Shown here: positions 19,543 to 30,813 of the stretch, in pieces
How the letters are laid out: each line of letters begins with the position of its first letter
How positions within the stretch are numbered: position 1 is the stretch's first letter
Assembly: GCF_003991155.1 (NCBI RefSeq)
Contig: NZ_CP031293.1
Source of the DNA: Escherichia coli
GTDB taxonomy: Bacteria > Pseudomonadota > Gammaproteobacteria > Enterobacterales > Enterobacteriaceae
Length of the DNA: 64,000 nucleotides
Strand: one strand, 5' to 3'
The notes under the pieces: generated by a model
Seen by the model: the letters and a program-made list of their open reading frames with translations, nothing else
Told to the model about the DNA's origin: nothing
Database searches by the model: none
Made by a program: the position numbers and the translations under genes

Positions 19543-22500
19543 ATGGCCGACAACTTTACAGCCCGTAAGCACGGACAATGGAAAGTCATCAGCACCAAAC
19601 CGGATGTCTGTAAAACACCACGCGGAGATTCCACACCGCCTGTCCCCTACCCTGTCACAGCCAATATGGCTGAAGCAGTGATGGTGGTGCAGTCGGTGAA
19701 GCTGAACGGCTGCCCGGCAGTGGTCCTAAACCAGAGCACCATCCCTCAGACAAAGGGCGATGCCGCAGGTGCGGCAAAAGGTGTCAGCAGCGGTACAGTG
19801 GGTGATGTCTGCGAGCCGCTGGACCACAGCGAGACAGTATTTTTTGGCGGCAAGCCGATACTGCGTCACCACGATGAGTTCTGGATGAACAGCCGTAACA
19901 CCATCGGCCTAATCGTGGGCCAGCCGCCACCGGCAGGCGTGCCTGCGGAAGAAGCGGACCCGCCGGATGAACCGGAGACGGAAGAAGAGGAAGAAAAGAG
20001 CAGCTGGCTGGACTGGGTGCAGACAGGACTGGATATTGCCGGGTTTGCACCGGGCTTTGGTTTTTTTGCCGATATGCTGAATGCGGGTATCAGCCTGGCG
20101 CGTGGTAATTATGCTGACGCGTTTATGTCTGTGGCGGCCTCACTTCCGGGGATAGGTGATGCGGCAGCGGCTGGCAGGATGGCAGTTAAAGGACGAAAAG
20201 CAGCAAAGGCGGCTAAAGAAGCCGCCGAACGAGCCGCAAAGAAAAAGCTGGAGAAGGAGGCGGCAATGCGCTCCCGTGCGCTGAGAAAAGCCCAGAAGAA
20301 AGCGGCAGCTAAAAAGAAAGGGGGTATCGTTAAGGGGAAAGCGAAAAATAACAAAGGCAAAGGTAAGGGTGCGGAAAGCAGTGATTGTACCAAACCCGGC
20401 GAACCCGTGGACGCCGGAACCGGCGACTTTCTCCAGCACTTCAGCGTTCTTTCCCTTCCCGGCTCACTTCCTCTCACGCTTTCCCGGTTTTACCGTTCTC
20501 AGGCACAACATGGCGGCATCTTTGGTCCCAAATGGACCGATGAATGGTCCGTATCCCTGAAGGTACACACTGACGGCAACCTGCACTTCACTGACGGTGA
20601 AGGGGTGGAACTGTACTACCCCATTCCGCAGGACGGCATTTTTGAGGGTGCAGCGAACTCCCGCCAGGCACACTACCGGCTGACGGGCGACATGAGCGGA
20701 GAACTGTCGTTGTCCGACCGCCGCACACAGCAGACACAGATTTTTTCTCAGGCAGGCACAGGTACTTATTTGCTGTCTGCCCTTCATGACAATTACGGCA
20801 ACCGGATTGATTTTATCCGCACGGACGGCCTGCTGACAGAAATCCGCCACAGCGACGGCTACACGCTCGCGCTTGCCTGGCTACAGCAGCAACTAATGAG
20901 CATTGACCTGGCAACACCGCGGCGTCAGCGCCTTGTCACCTGTCAGTACGATGATAATGGTTATCTGGCAGAGTGCGATACTTTCCAGTTTTCTCATCTG
21001 TGGCATGAATACACGACTGAAGGGTTTATGACCCGCTGGCGGGATACGGATAAAACCTGCGTGGATATCCGTTACGACCCGCAGGGGCGCGCCATCAGCA
21101 CCCTGTCAACCGAAGGCTATTACGACGACCGTTTTATCTATAACGATGAAGAGCACTGTACCACCTACGTGGATGCAGAAGGCGGCGAAACCCGTTACTG
21201 GTATAACGAAGACGGCCTGGTCACCCACAGCACCGACCCGCTGGGCCGTGAAGAGATTACAGTATGGGAAAACACGCAACTTCAGTCGCGCACCGACGCG
21301 CTGGGGCGTAAAACAGCGTATGAATATAACGATGAGGGCGATATCTGGCATGTTGCCCTGCCGGGCGGCTACAGCCTCTATTACGACTACAACGACGCCG
21401 GGCAGTTAACCCGCCTGACCCTGCCGGGCGACCAGGTATGGCTGTGGGACTACGACGATAAGGGCAGCATGGTCTGCCTGACCGACCCGCAGGGCCGGAA
21501 ACAGCAGTTCAGCTACAGCCAACAGGGTGATTTACTGGCGCGGATTATGCCGGGCGGAGCCACCTGGCGCTGGAGCCATGACGCCCTGCACCAGGTGCGC
21601 GAGACCACTGCGCCGGACGGCGGCGTCACGCAGACTGAACAGGATATGCTGGGCCGCCTGCTGAGTGTGAAAGACCCGCTGGGCTTCACCACGCAGTTCC
21701 GCCACAGCAAAACCCACGCTGGGCCGCTGGGCAGCGTGGAAGAAATTAACCGCCCGGATGGCGTGCGGGAACTGATGCGCCAGAACAGTGAAAAGCTGCC
21801 GGAGAGCTTCACCGATGGCGAAGGCAAAACCACCCGCTACGAATATGGTGCATTTGACCTGTTAACGGCAGTTATCCGCCCGGATGGTGAACGGCTGGAG
21901 TGCCGCTACGACAAGCTGACCCGCCTGACCGAAATCACCAACGCGGAAGGTGAGCACTACCGTCTGGAATATGATAAAGCCGGGCAGCTTATCGCGGAAA
22001 CCGACTTCACCGGGCGCACACTGACCTACAGCTACGATGCGGCAGGCCGCTGTACCCGCACCACCTTCCCGGACGGCACTCACCTGAACCGCCGCTACAA
22101 CGTGACCGACCAGGTAACGGACGAGGAAGTCACCCAGGGCGACAGCAACCGTACCCTGAGCGCCACCACCTTCCTCTATGACACGCTGTGCCGCCTGGTG
22201 GAGGCGAAAAACGATGATGCCATCGTTACGTATGAATATGACAGTGCCAGCAGGGTTGTGGCCGAGACAATCAACGGCAGGCGTACAGAATACAGTTACG
22301 ACAATAATCTCGACACAGTTTCACAGCGCACCACCGCAGGCATCACAGAGCACTTCACCCGCAACCTGATGGGCTATCTGACCACCTGGCAGATAGCCGA
22401 CCATGCCCCGCTGACATTTGAACATGACCTGCGCGGCATGGAAACGTCCCGACGCAGCGAGGCCGGGTTTTACCAGACGCTGGCTTACACCCGCACAGGA

Positions 22501-23961
22501 ATGCCAACGAAGCAGAATGCCGGGGACCACCGGGCCGGCTCGGATGAGCGGAATAAAAGCCTGAAGCGCCAGTGGCTGTATGACAAAGCGTATAATCTGA
22601 CCGCAATCGCCGACTCGCTGCGCGGCTCCATGTTCAACACCATCACGGCGAACGACCAGATAAGCCACGCCACCTGGACGGGTGATTCCAGTCAGTTTCC
22701 GCTGTGTGAGGAACTGTTCACTTACGACAAAAACCTGAACATCACCCGCCGCCAGACCCGGGTGAATGACATACTGGAAAGCGAAACGCACCAGCAGAAC
22801 CGGCATGGACGGGTGATATCAAGTGAGCATGAAGGCTGGCGGCACTCAACGCACCGCATCAATCCGCAGACAGGAAAACCGGAAGAAGGGAAATTTGTCC
22901 GGGTGGTGAACGCCCATAACGTCACCTGGAAATACGATGTTAACGGCAGGCTGATACAGAAGCTGGTCGATAAAGGCGGTTACCGACCGCTGGAATGGCG
23001 CTACAGATGGGACGCGCGCAGCCAGCTAACCGGGCTGGAAACCCCGGATGGTGAACGCTGGGAATACAAATACGACCCCTTCGGCAGGCGCATCAGCAAG
23101 CGCTGCACCAACCGCGACAAACCCGGTATGGATTTTCACTGGAATGGCGACCAGTTGACGGAGGAAATTCCGGTCGGCGCTGACAGTAGTCCTGATACTG
23201 AAAACAGCATCCGCTGGATATATGAGCCGGGAAGTTTTACACCGATTGCGCGTTATGAGAAGGGGCAACTGCATTATGCAGTGACGAACACGGTTGGCCG
23301 CGTACAGGAACTGCTGACAGAAAACGGCCTGATAGTCTGGAAAGGCAAGCAGCAGCTATGGGGCCGTGAGGAAGGCAGAAATAAGAAAGATGCGCCCACA
23401 TGCCGGTTACGTTTTCCGGGGCAGTACGAGGATGTGGAATCAGGGTTGTACTATAACCGGTTCCGGTACTATGATTGCGAGACAGGACAATATCTGTGTG
23501 CTGATCCGTCAGGATTGGACGGAGGGATTAATCCATATGGGTATGTGCATAATCCATTAGGGTGGGCAGACCCTTTTGGGCTAGCCAAAAAGAACGCTCA
23601 GAATACAGTTTTCAGATATCTGAGTGCAGACGATCGTATTCGATATGAGAATGGTCAAAGTTTATTACCTAAAGGTGAGTTTGGTTCAATAGTTGAACAT
23701 GTTGATGGAAAAAATACAGGACATATTTCTGCATCGCTTACCAAGTGTGCAGCTAAAATATTTGATTCGGGCAATGGGTATATAGAAATTGATGTTCAAA
23801 AAATTATCGACAGTGGTATATCATTTATTGATCACAAGAATGTTATGCAAGCGGTTCGTCGTAGCGGCTCTTTAACTAACAGGAGAGATGCCGAAAGAGC
23901 ACTAGAAGTTCTCTTCAAAGGTGAAATTCCCTTTGATGCAATTATTCGTCATGTTATATAA
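19543..23961 (+). CDS. rhs: PAAR-like/Rhs repeat effector with variable C-terminal toxin domain
   Basis: 1472 aa; N-terminal PAAR-like region, Lys/Ala-rich linker, YD repeats, core ending in DPSGLDGGINPYGYVHNPLGWADPFGL, then ~125 aa unique C-terminus. Confidence 0.9.
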   Translation: MADNFTARKHGQWKVISTKPDVCKTPRGDSTPPVPYPVTANMAEAVMVVQSVKLNGCPAVVLNQSTIPQTKGDAAGAAKGVSSGTVGDVCEPLDHSETVFFGGKPILRHHDEFWMNSRNTIGLIVGQPPPAGVPAEEADPPDEPETEEEEEKSSWLDWVQTGLDIAGFAPGFGFFADMLNAGISLARGNYADAFMSVAASLPGIGDAAAAGRMAVKGRKAAKAAKEAAERAAKKKLEKEAAMRSRALRKAQKKAAAKKKGGIVKGKAKNNKGKGKGAESSDCTKPGEPVDAGTGDFLQHFSVLSLPGSLPLTLSRFYRSQAQHGGIFGPKWTDEWSVSLKVHTDGNLHFTDGEGVELYYPIPQDGIFEGAANSRQAHYRLTGDMSGELSLSDRRTQQTQIFSQAGTGTYLLSALHDNYGNRIDFIRTDGLLTEIRHSDGYTLALAWLQQQLMSIDLATPRRQRLVTCQYDDNGYLAECDTFQFSHLWHEYTTEGFMTRWRDTDKTCVDIRYDPQGRAISTLSTEGYYDDRFIYNDEEHCTTYVDAEGGETRYWYNEDGLVTHSTDPLGREEITVWENTQLQSRTDALGRKTAYEYNDEGDIWHVALPGGYSLYYDYNDAGQLTRLTLPGDQVWLWDYDDKGSMVCLTDPQGRKQQFSYSQQGDLLARIMPGGATWRWSHDALHQVRETTAPDGGVTQTEQDMLGRLLSVKDPLGFTTQFRHSKTHAGPLGSVEEINRPDGVRELMRQNSEKLPESFTDGEGKTTRYEYGAFDLLTAVIRPDGERLECRYDKLTRLTEITNAEGEHYRLEYDKAGQLIAETDFTGRTLTYSYDAAGRCTRTTFPDGTHLNRRYNVTDQVTDEEVTQGDSNRTLSATTFLYDTLCRLVEAKNDDAIVTYEYDSASRVVAETINGRRTEYSYDNNLDTVSQRTTAGITEHFTRNLMGYLTTWQIADHAPLTFEHDLRGMETSRRSEAGFYQTLAYTRTGMPTKQNAGDHRAGSDERNKSLKRQWLYDKAYNLTAIADSLRGSMFNTITANDQISHATWTGDSSQFPLCEELFTYDKNLNITRRQTRVNDILESETHQQNRHGRVISSEHEGWRHSTHRINPQTGKPEEGKFVRVVNAHNVTWKYDVNGRLIQKLVDKGGYRPLEWRYRWDARSQLTGLETPDGERWEYKYDPFGRRISKRCTNRDKPGMDFHWNGDQLTEEIPVGADSSPDTENSIRWIYEPGSFTPIARYEKGQLHYAVTNTVGRVQELLTENGLIVWKGKQQLWGREEGRNKKDAPTCRLRFPGQYEDVESGLYYNRFRYYDCETGQYLCADPSGLDGGINPYGYVHNPLGWADPFGLAKKNAQNTVFRYLSADDRIRYENGQSLLPKGEFGSIVEHVDGKNTGHISASLTKCAAKIFDSGNGYIEIDVQKIIDSGISFIDHKNVMQAVRRSGSLTNRRDAERALEVLFKGEIPFDAIIRHVI

Positions 23962-23980
23962 AATAGGAAGGAGTGGAATA

Positions 23981-24274
23981 ATGCCTGCACTATCTGAGTA
24001 CTCGAATGTACACAACACTGTTTTTAATATTTTGATTTGTAAAGGATATCGATTGTGGCATGAAAAAAAACAAGAAAGATATTATGCCGAAAAAGATGGT
24101 TGGGATTTTGTAGCCAATAGCCCGTGTGCTCTCTTGGGGCTCATTGCTATTTATGAATATAAAAAACCCGATCATTATTATGAGTACTGGTGGAAAGATG
24201 AAGGATTACATTTAGAAAAAAACATTAGTGAAATCGCTCCTGAATATAACTCAATCATTTTAAAAAATAATTAG
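23981..24274 (+). CDS. Putative immunity protein for Rhs C-terminal toxin
   Basis: Start MPALSEYS at 23981 with AGGAAGGAG RBS, immediately after rhs stop; AT-rich small ORF. Confidence 0.5.
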   Translation: MPALSEYSNVHNTVFNILICKGYRLWHEKKQERYYAEKDGWDFVANSPCALLGLIAIYEYKKPDHYYEYWWKDEGLHLEKNISEIAPEYNSIILKNN

Positions 24275-24289
24275 TTGTATACTACTATG

Positions 24290-26030
24290 ATGATGACTCG
24301 GTAATAATAACAAACGAAACCCTCAACGGCAGACGGACGGAATATGGCCACGACGCAGAACAGGATTATGTCACCCGGCGCACCACCGCAGGCATTACGG
24401 AACGTTTCACCCGCGGGTTGATGGGTGAGCTGACATCGTGGCAGATAGCCGACCATGCGCCGCTGGCATTTGAATATGACCTGCGCGGCCAGGAAACATC
24501 CAGACAAAGCGAGGCCGGATTTTACCAGACGCAGGGCTACACGCAGACAGGAATGCTGACAACGCAGCGTTCGGGAAGCCAGGCAGAGCCGGAGGCGAAG
24601 AATAAAGACCTGCAACGCCAGTGGCTGTACGACCATGCGTATAACCTGACGATGATATCGGACACGCTGCGCGGGACGATGGTCAACAGCGTGACAGCGA
24701 ACGACCAGATAAGCCATGCCACCTGGACGGGCAGCAGTAATATGCCGATGAGTGAGGAACGCTTCCTCTACGACAAAAACCTGAATATCACCGCCGCCAG
24801 ACCTGGGTGAACGAGGTACTGGAGAGCGAGACACATCAGCAGCAACAGCATGGCCGGGTGGCGTCGCGTGGACACAAAGAATGGCGACACTCAACGCACC
24901 GGATTAACCCGGACACTGGCAAGCCGGAGGAAGGGAAATTTGTCCGGGTGGTCAACGCGCACGGTATCACCTGGAAGTACGATATTAACGGTCGTCTGGT
25001 GGAGAAGCTGGTCGATAAAGGTGGCTATCGCCCTCTCCAGTGGCGTTACAAATGGGATTCACGCAGCCAGTTGACCGGGCTGGAAACACCGGATGGTGAA
25101 CGCTGGGAGTATAAATACGACCCGTTCGGCAGGCGCATCAGCAAACGCTGTACCAGCCACGATAAACCCGGTATGGATTTTCACTGGAACGGCGACCAGT
25201 TGACGGAGGAAATTCCGGTTGGTGTGGATGGCAAACCGGAAGACGAAAACGCCATCCGCTGGATATACGAGCCGGGAGATTTCACGCCGTTTGCGCGTTA
25301 TGAGAAGGGGCAACTGAATTATGCGGTGACGGACACGGTTGGACGAGTACAGGAACTGCTGACCGAAGACGGCCTGATTGTCTGGAAAGGCAAGCAGCAG
25401 CTATGGGGACGTGAGGAAGGCATCAATAAGGGCGATGCACCCACCTGTCGGTTACGTTTTCCGGGGCAGTATGAGGACACAGAATCGGGACTGTACTATA
25501 ACCGGTTCCGGTACTATGATTGCGGGACGGGGCAGTATATCTCTTCAGATCCGATTGGGCTGAGAGGGGGAATAAAACCATATGGCTATGTTCATAGTCC
25601 ATTAAATTATATTGACCCATTAGGTTTAGCTAACGCTAAAGTTATAGATAATGTTTTGCATATTGTGGATAAATTTGGAGTAAATGGGGCTGCTCCTGAT
25701 ACTGCAGCATCCAGAGAATTGGCTGAGTTTGTAAAAAGATGGAACGAGCAGATAGTGGCGAATGGTGGTTCAATGGCCAGACGTTCTGTTTGTAAAGAAG
25801 TCAGAAAAGCAGCAAGTGAAGCCGCCGCTGCTGAGAGAAAACTTAACCCAAGTTTATATGCTAATGGTGAAGTGGCGGGGCATATTCCAGATGTTGGATG
25901 GGGTGGAAAAATTGATGGTCCGTTTATGCCGTTAAGTCCAAAAGTAAATTCTTATATTGGTGGGTTAACTCAAGCAGTGCCTGTTGGTACAACTTATACA
26001 TCGGTAAGAATAGTGGACATTATACTATGA
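24290..26030 (+). CDS. Orphan rhs C-terminal cassette 1 (core fragment + distinct toxin tip), frameshifted near 24793
   Basis: Nucleotide and protein similarity to 22270..23580 of the main rhs; 1-bp deletion (atcaccgccgccagac vs atcacccgccgccagac) breaks the frame; ORF 24807..26030 carries DPLGL followed by a different C-terminus. Confidence 0.75.
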
Positions 26031-26554
26031 AAAAATTAAAAGAATTGATTAACGATATTTTGGTTGATTTAAAAATAAATATAACGGAATTACCTGTCAC
26101 TTTACACAGCCATGATAAAGTACCCACGCTAAAAAAAGATTACTATAGAAATCTTAGCCCTATGCTAAAGGTTAGATTTGGTATGTTCTCTAGTTGGAAG
26201 AATGCAACACATGGGGATTGGCTTTCAATAGAAGAGATGATGGAAATTTGGCGTGATGATTTGGTAATAAATGACCGATTGTGGCGAATTAAGGAGAATC
26301 AGATAGCTGCTCGTAATAATTGGGACAATGATGCTTCTTCGCTTTTCAAAAATAATAGATTATCACTTTTTGCTGGAAGTGAGTCTACCTATGAACGAAT
26401 ATATCTGCTTTGGTTAGATAGTGAAATTGAACCTGAGATATGGGTATATGACTGCAATGGTGAATCGAGATATAAAAATCTAGAGTCTTATTTAAATGCA
26501 TATATAAATGACGATGTTAGTGCTAGTAATGAGTCATGGAGAGCCAAATACTGA
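26027..26554 (+). CDS. Putative immunity protein for orphan toxin 1
   Basis: 175 aa, ATGA overlap with toxin stop, AT-rich. Confidence 0.5.
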   Translation: MKKLKELINDILVDLKINITELPVTLHSHDKVPTLKKDYYRNLSPMLKVRFGMFSSWKNATHGDWLSIEEMMEIWRDDLVINDRLWRIKENQIAARNNWDNDASSLFKNNRLSLFAGSESTYERIYLLWLDSEIEPEIWVYDCNGESRYKNLESYLNAYINDDVSASNESWRAKY

Positions 26555-26704
26555 CGCAGCGACAGTCACCCAGTTAGAGTGAGAGCATGAAAAATATGTT
26601 TTTATACAATATTTTATCGCTATATTTTTGTCATCTGTTTTTGCGCGAAAATCACTCGACAATTTGCATGATATAACCAATTACTCATTAAATTTACCTG
26701 CAGC

Positions 26705-28310
26705 CTAGTAGGGCTGTCTGACCACCTGGCAGATAGCGGACCATGCCCCGCTGACATTTGAGCATGACCTGCGCGGCATGGAAACCTCCCGACGCAGCGG
26801 GGCCGGATTTTACCAGACGCTGGCTTACACGCGCACAGGGATGCCAGCGAAGCAGAATGCCGGGGACCACCAGGCCGGGCCGCATGAGCGAAATAAAAGC
26901 CTGGAGCGGGAATGGCTTTACGACAAAGCGTATAACCTGACCGCAATCGCCGACTCGCTGCGCGGCTCCATGTTCAACACCATCACGGCAAACGACCAGA
27001 TAAGCCACGCCACCTGGACGGGTGATTCCAGCCAGTTTCCGCTGTGCGAGGAGCTGTTCACTTACGATAAAAACCTGAACATCACCCGCCGCCAGACCCG
27101 TGTGAATAACGTCCTGGAAAGCGAAACGCACCAGCAACAGCAGCATGGCCGGGTGATATCCAGTGAGCATGAAGGCTGGCGGCACTCAACGCACCGCATC
27201 AATCCGCAGACAGGAAAACCGGAAGAAGGGAAATTTGTCCGGGTGGTGAATGCCCATAACATCACCTGGAAATACGATGTTAACGGCAGGCTGGTACAGA
27301 AGCTGGTCGATAAAGGTGGCTACCGCCCTCTCGAATGGCGCTACAGATGGGATGCAAGAAGCCAGCTAACCGGACTGGAAACCCCGGATGGCGAACGCTG
27401 GGAATATAAATACGACCCGTTTGGCAGGCGCATCAGCAAACGCTGCACCAACCGCGACAAACCCGGCATGGATTTTCACTGGAACGGCGACCAGCTAACG
27501 GAGGAAATTCCGGTTGGCGTTAACGGTAAACCGGAAGACGAAAACGCCATCCGCTGGATATACGAGCCGGGAGATTTCACGCCGTTTGCGCGTTATGAGA
27601 AGGGGCAACTGAATTATGCGGTGACGGACACGGTTGGACGAGTACAGGAACTGCTGACCGAAGACGGCCTGATTGTCTGGAAAGGCAAGCAGCAGCTATG
27701 GGGACGTGAGGAAGGCATCAATAAGGGCGATGCACCCACCTGTCGGTTACGTTTTCCGGGGCAGTATGAGGACACAGAATCGGGACTGTACTATAACCGG
27801 TTCCGGTACTATGATTGCGAGACGGGGCAGTATATCTCTTCAGATCCCATAGGATTACTTGGGGGGATAAATCCTTATGGATATGTTCGTAACTCGCTGG
27901 AATTGATTGACCCTTGGGGGCTAGACAGTAAACGCGCTCGACTCCTCAAACAAAAAGGATTCCAAGAACATCATATTATCAGCGATAAAAACAGCTTAAC
28001 CAAAAACCATCCATTGTTGAAGGCCGCGGCATACGACCTACAGAAAATGAAAAACAAGATTTTCTTACCTACAAAATGTGAACTTCATGCAACTCGATCC
28101 ATTCATAAAGGGAGGCATCAAAAAAAGGTAAGTGAAAACCTGGCAAATGAAATGGACAAAGTGTTAGAACACGGGAGAAAACATGGGTGGACGCAAAAAC
28201 AATACAGTGACGCACTTGACGAAATAGTTGCTAAAGAAAGAGCCCTCTTGAAATCTGGCCATAGAGCTTTAAATAAAAACAGACGTGCATGGTCTGTTTT
28301 ACTAACTTAA
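26705..28310 (+). CDS. Orphan rhs C-terminal cassette 2 with HNH/AHH-like nuclease tip
   Basis: Similarity to main rhs from ~22380 onward; core ends DPWGL; C-terminus has EHHIIS ... H ... H pattern resembling the AHH-type HNH nuclease toxin domain. Confidence 0.7.
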
Positions 28311-28322
28311 CAGAGAAAATAT

Positions 28323-28880
28323 ATGTATAGATGGACAATCCCAGAACAATATGCCAATAAGTATATTGGAGAATATCAATATGAATCTTTTGATTACTTA
28401 CTTTTTTCTCATAGCACACCAATTGAAAGAGTTGAGAATATCAATCCAGTCATTATCTACGCGATGCCCGATGAAATGATAAATAAATATGATTGCTTGC
28501 CAAATAGTTCATTGATCCCCGTAGTTAATGAACGACTAAAGGACTTCCTGGAAACACATGCCAAAGGTAATGTTGAGTTTCATAAAATAGACCTTCACAC
28601 GAACAATGGACTCAAAGATGGTTTTTATCTTTTGAATACACTCACAAAACTACCGTTAATTGATATGCAGCACTCTCATTGCCAGTATATTCCCGGAACA
28701 ACAGCGATCATGGGGTTTGAACAGGTTTTTTTTATTGAAGAGCCTCCGGAAGATTTTTGCATTGCACGATGCGCAGAATATTCATCTTATCTTATGTTAT
28801 CTGATTCATTAGTAAAAAAAATGAAAAAAGAAAAATTTAAAGGAATTTCATATTCGAAAGTTCCTGTTCACCGAGGTTAA
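28323..28880 (+). CDS. Putative immunity protein for orphan toxin 2
   Basis: 185 aa ORF 13 nt after the toxin stop; AT-rich. Confidence 0.5.
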   Translation: MYRWTIPEQYANKYIGEYQYESFDYLLFSHSTPIERVENINPVIIYAMPDEMINKYDCLPNSSLIPVVNERLKDFLETHAKGNVEFHKIDLHTNNGLKDGFYLLNTLTKLPLIDMQHSHCQYIPGTTAIMGFEQVFFIEEPPEDFCIARCAEYSSYLMLSDSLVKKMKKEKFKGISYSKVPVHRG

Positions 28881-28966
28881 AATAATTGGACATATAACAA
28901 ATATATTAAATCGGTAGCATCTCCAGGGAAGGATCATCGTATTCGTATGCCGTAGGCACGCCGTAA

Positions 28967-29360
28967 TCTGGTATAACGAAGACGGCCTGCTCACCCGCAG
29001 CACCGACCCGCTCGGTCGGGAAGAGATTACGGTATGGGAGAACACGCAACTCCAGTCACGCACCGATGCACTGGGGCGTAAAACAGCGTATGAATACAAC
29101 GATGAGGGCGATATCTGGCACGTCGCCCTGCCGGGTGGTTACAGTCTGTACTATGACTACAACGACGCCGGACAGTTAACCCGCCTGACCCTGCCGGGCG
29201 ACCAGGTATGGCAGTGGGATTACGACGATAAGGGCAGCATGGTCTGCCTGACCGACCCGCAGGGCCGGAAACAGCAGTTCAGCTACTGCGCACAGGGGGA
29301 TTTACTGGCGCGGATTATGCCGGGCGGAGCCACCTGGCGCTGGAGCCATGACGCCCCAGG
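28967..29360 (+). pseudogene. Internal rhs core fragment
   Basis: Translation WYNEDGLLTRSTDPLGREEITVWENTQLQSRTDALGRKTAYEYNDEGDIWHVALPGG matches the main rhs at ~21185..21585; no start or stop context. Confidence 0.8.
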
Positions 29361-29384
29361 GAACAGGGAAAGATCACGTAACGC

Positions 29385-30658
29385 TGCTTTTTTGTACTAA
29401 ATAATTCGCATTTTATGTTTAAAAATTGAGATATTCCTCATTACCTAAAGCTTTTTTTTATTGCTTATACATGATCAAATACTCCTTACATAATTAAGGA
29501 GAACAAAATGGAACTTAAAAAATTGATGGAACATATTTCTATTATCCCCGATTACAGACAAGCCTGGAAAGTGGAACATAAATTATCGGATATTCTACTG
29601 TTGACTATTTGTGCCGTTATTTCGGGTGCAGAAGGCTGGGAAGATATAGAGGATTTTGGGGAAACACATCTCGATTTTTTGAAGCAATATGGTGATTTTG
29701 ATAATGGTATTCCTGTTCACGATACCATTGCCAGAGTTGTATCCTGTATCAGTCCTGCAAAATTTCACGAGTGCTTTATTAACTGGATGCGTGACTGCCA
29801 TTCTTCAGATGATAAAGACGTCATTGCAATTGATGGAAAAACACTCCGGCATTCTTATGACAAGAGTCGCCGCAAGGGTGCGATTCATGTCATTAGTGCG
29901 TTCTCAACAATGCACAGTCTGGTCATCGGACAGATCAGGACGGATGAGAAATCCAATGAAATTACAGCTATCCCTGAACTTCTTAACATGCTGGATATTA
30001 AAGGAAAAATCATCACAACTGATGCGATGGGTTGCCAGAAAGATATTGCAGAGAAGATACAAAAACAGGGCGGTGATTATTTATTCGCTGTAAAAGGAAA
30101 TCAGGGGCTGCTTAATAAAGCCTTTGAGGAAAAATTTCCACTGAAAGAATTAAATAATCCAGAGCATGACAGTTACGCCATTAGTGAAAAGAGTCACGGC
30201 AGAGAAGAAATCCGTCTTCATATTGTTTGCGATGTCCCTGATGAACTTATTGATTTCACGTTTGAATGGAAAGGACTGAAGAAATTATGCGTGGCAGTCT
30301 CCTTTCGGTCAATAATAGCAGAACAAAAGAAAGAGCCAGAAATGACGGTCAGATATTATATCAGTTCTGCTGATTTAACCGCAGAGAAGTTCGCCACAGC
30401 AATCCGAAACCACTGGCACGTGGAGAATAAGCTGCACTGGCGTCTGGACGTGGTAATGAATGAAGACGACTGCAAAATAAGAAGAGGAAACGCAGCAGAA
30501 TTATTTTCAGGGATACGGCACATTGCTATTAATATTTTGACGAATGATAAGGTATTCAAGGCAGGGTTAAGACGTAAGATGCGAAAAGCAGCCATGGACA
30601 GAAACTATCTCGCGTCAGTCCTTGCGGGGAGCGGGCTTTCGTAATCTTGCCCTGGGGT
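29385..30658 (+). mobile_element. ISAs1-family (H-repeat) insertion sequence, copy 1
   Basis: Near-identical ~120 bp leader and 3' end shared with copy 2; contains intact transposase ORF; boundaries approximate. Confidence 0.7.
29508..30644 (+). CDS. ISAs1-family transposase (H-repeat-associated protein)
   Basis: 378 aa, recognisable H-rpt/ISAs1 transposase sequence ([18 protein letters not shown]...). Confidence 0.85.
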   Translation: MELKKLMEHISIIPDYRQAWKVEHKLSDILLLTICAVISGAEGWEDIEDFGETHLDFLKQYGDFDNGIPVHDTIARVVSCISPAKFHECFINWMRDCHSSDDKDVIAIDGKTLRHSYDKSRRKGAIHVISAFSTMHSLVIGQIRTDEKSNEITAIPELLNMLDIKGKIITTDAMGCQKDIAEKIQKQGGDYLFAVKGNQGLLNKAFEEKFPLKELNNPEHDSYAISEKSHGREEIRLHIVCDVPDELIDFTFEWKGLKKLCVAVSFRSIIAEQKKEPEMTVRYYISSADLTAEKFATAIRNHWHVENKLHWRLDVVMNEDDCKIRRGNAAELFSGIRHIAINILTNDKVFKAGLRRKMRKAAMDRNYLASVLAGSGLS

Positions 30659-30813
30659 TTTGGGCTAACGAAATGGAAAATTTAACATAAATTTAATTCA
30701 TGCTCTTGCCCTGATTTCGGGCTGACATAATAGTGAAGATTTTAACACAAATTTAATTCATGTCCTCATCCCAGTATAGACTTTAATTTTATTTTTTTGA
30801 TAAGGTACTACAT

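Noticed and set aside
20109-20477. Minus-strand ORFs in the Lys/Ala-rich linker region of Rhs1
   Set aside because: Antisense translations of a low-complexity coding stretch
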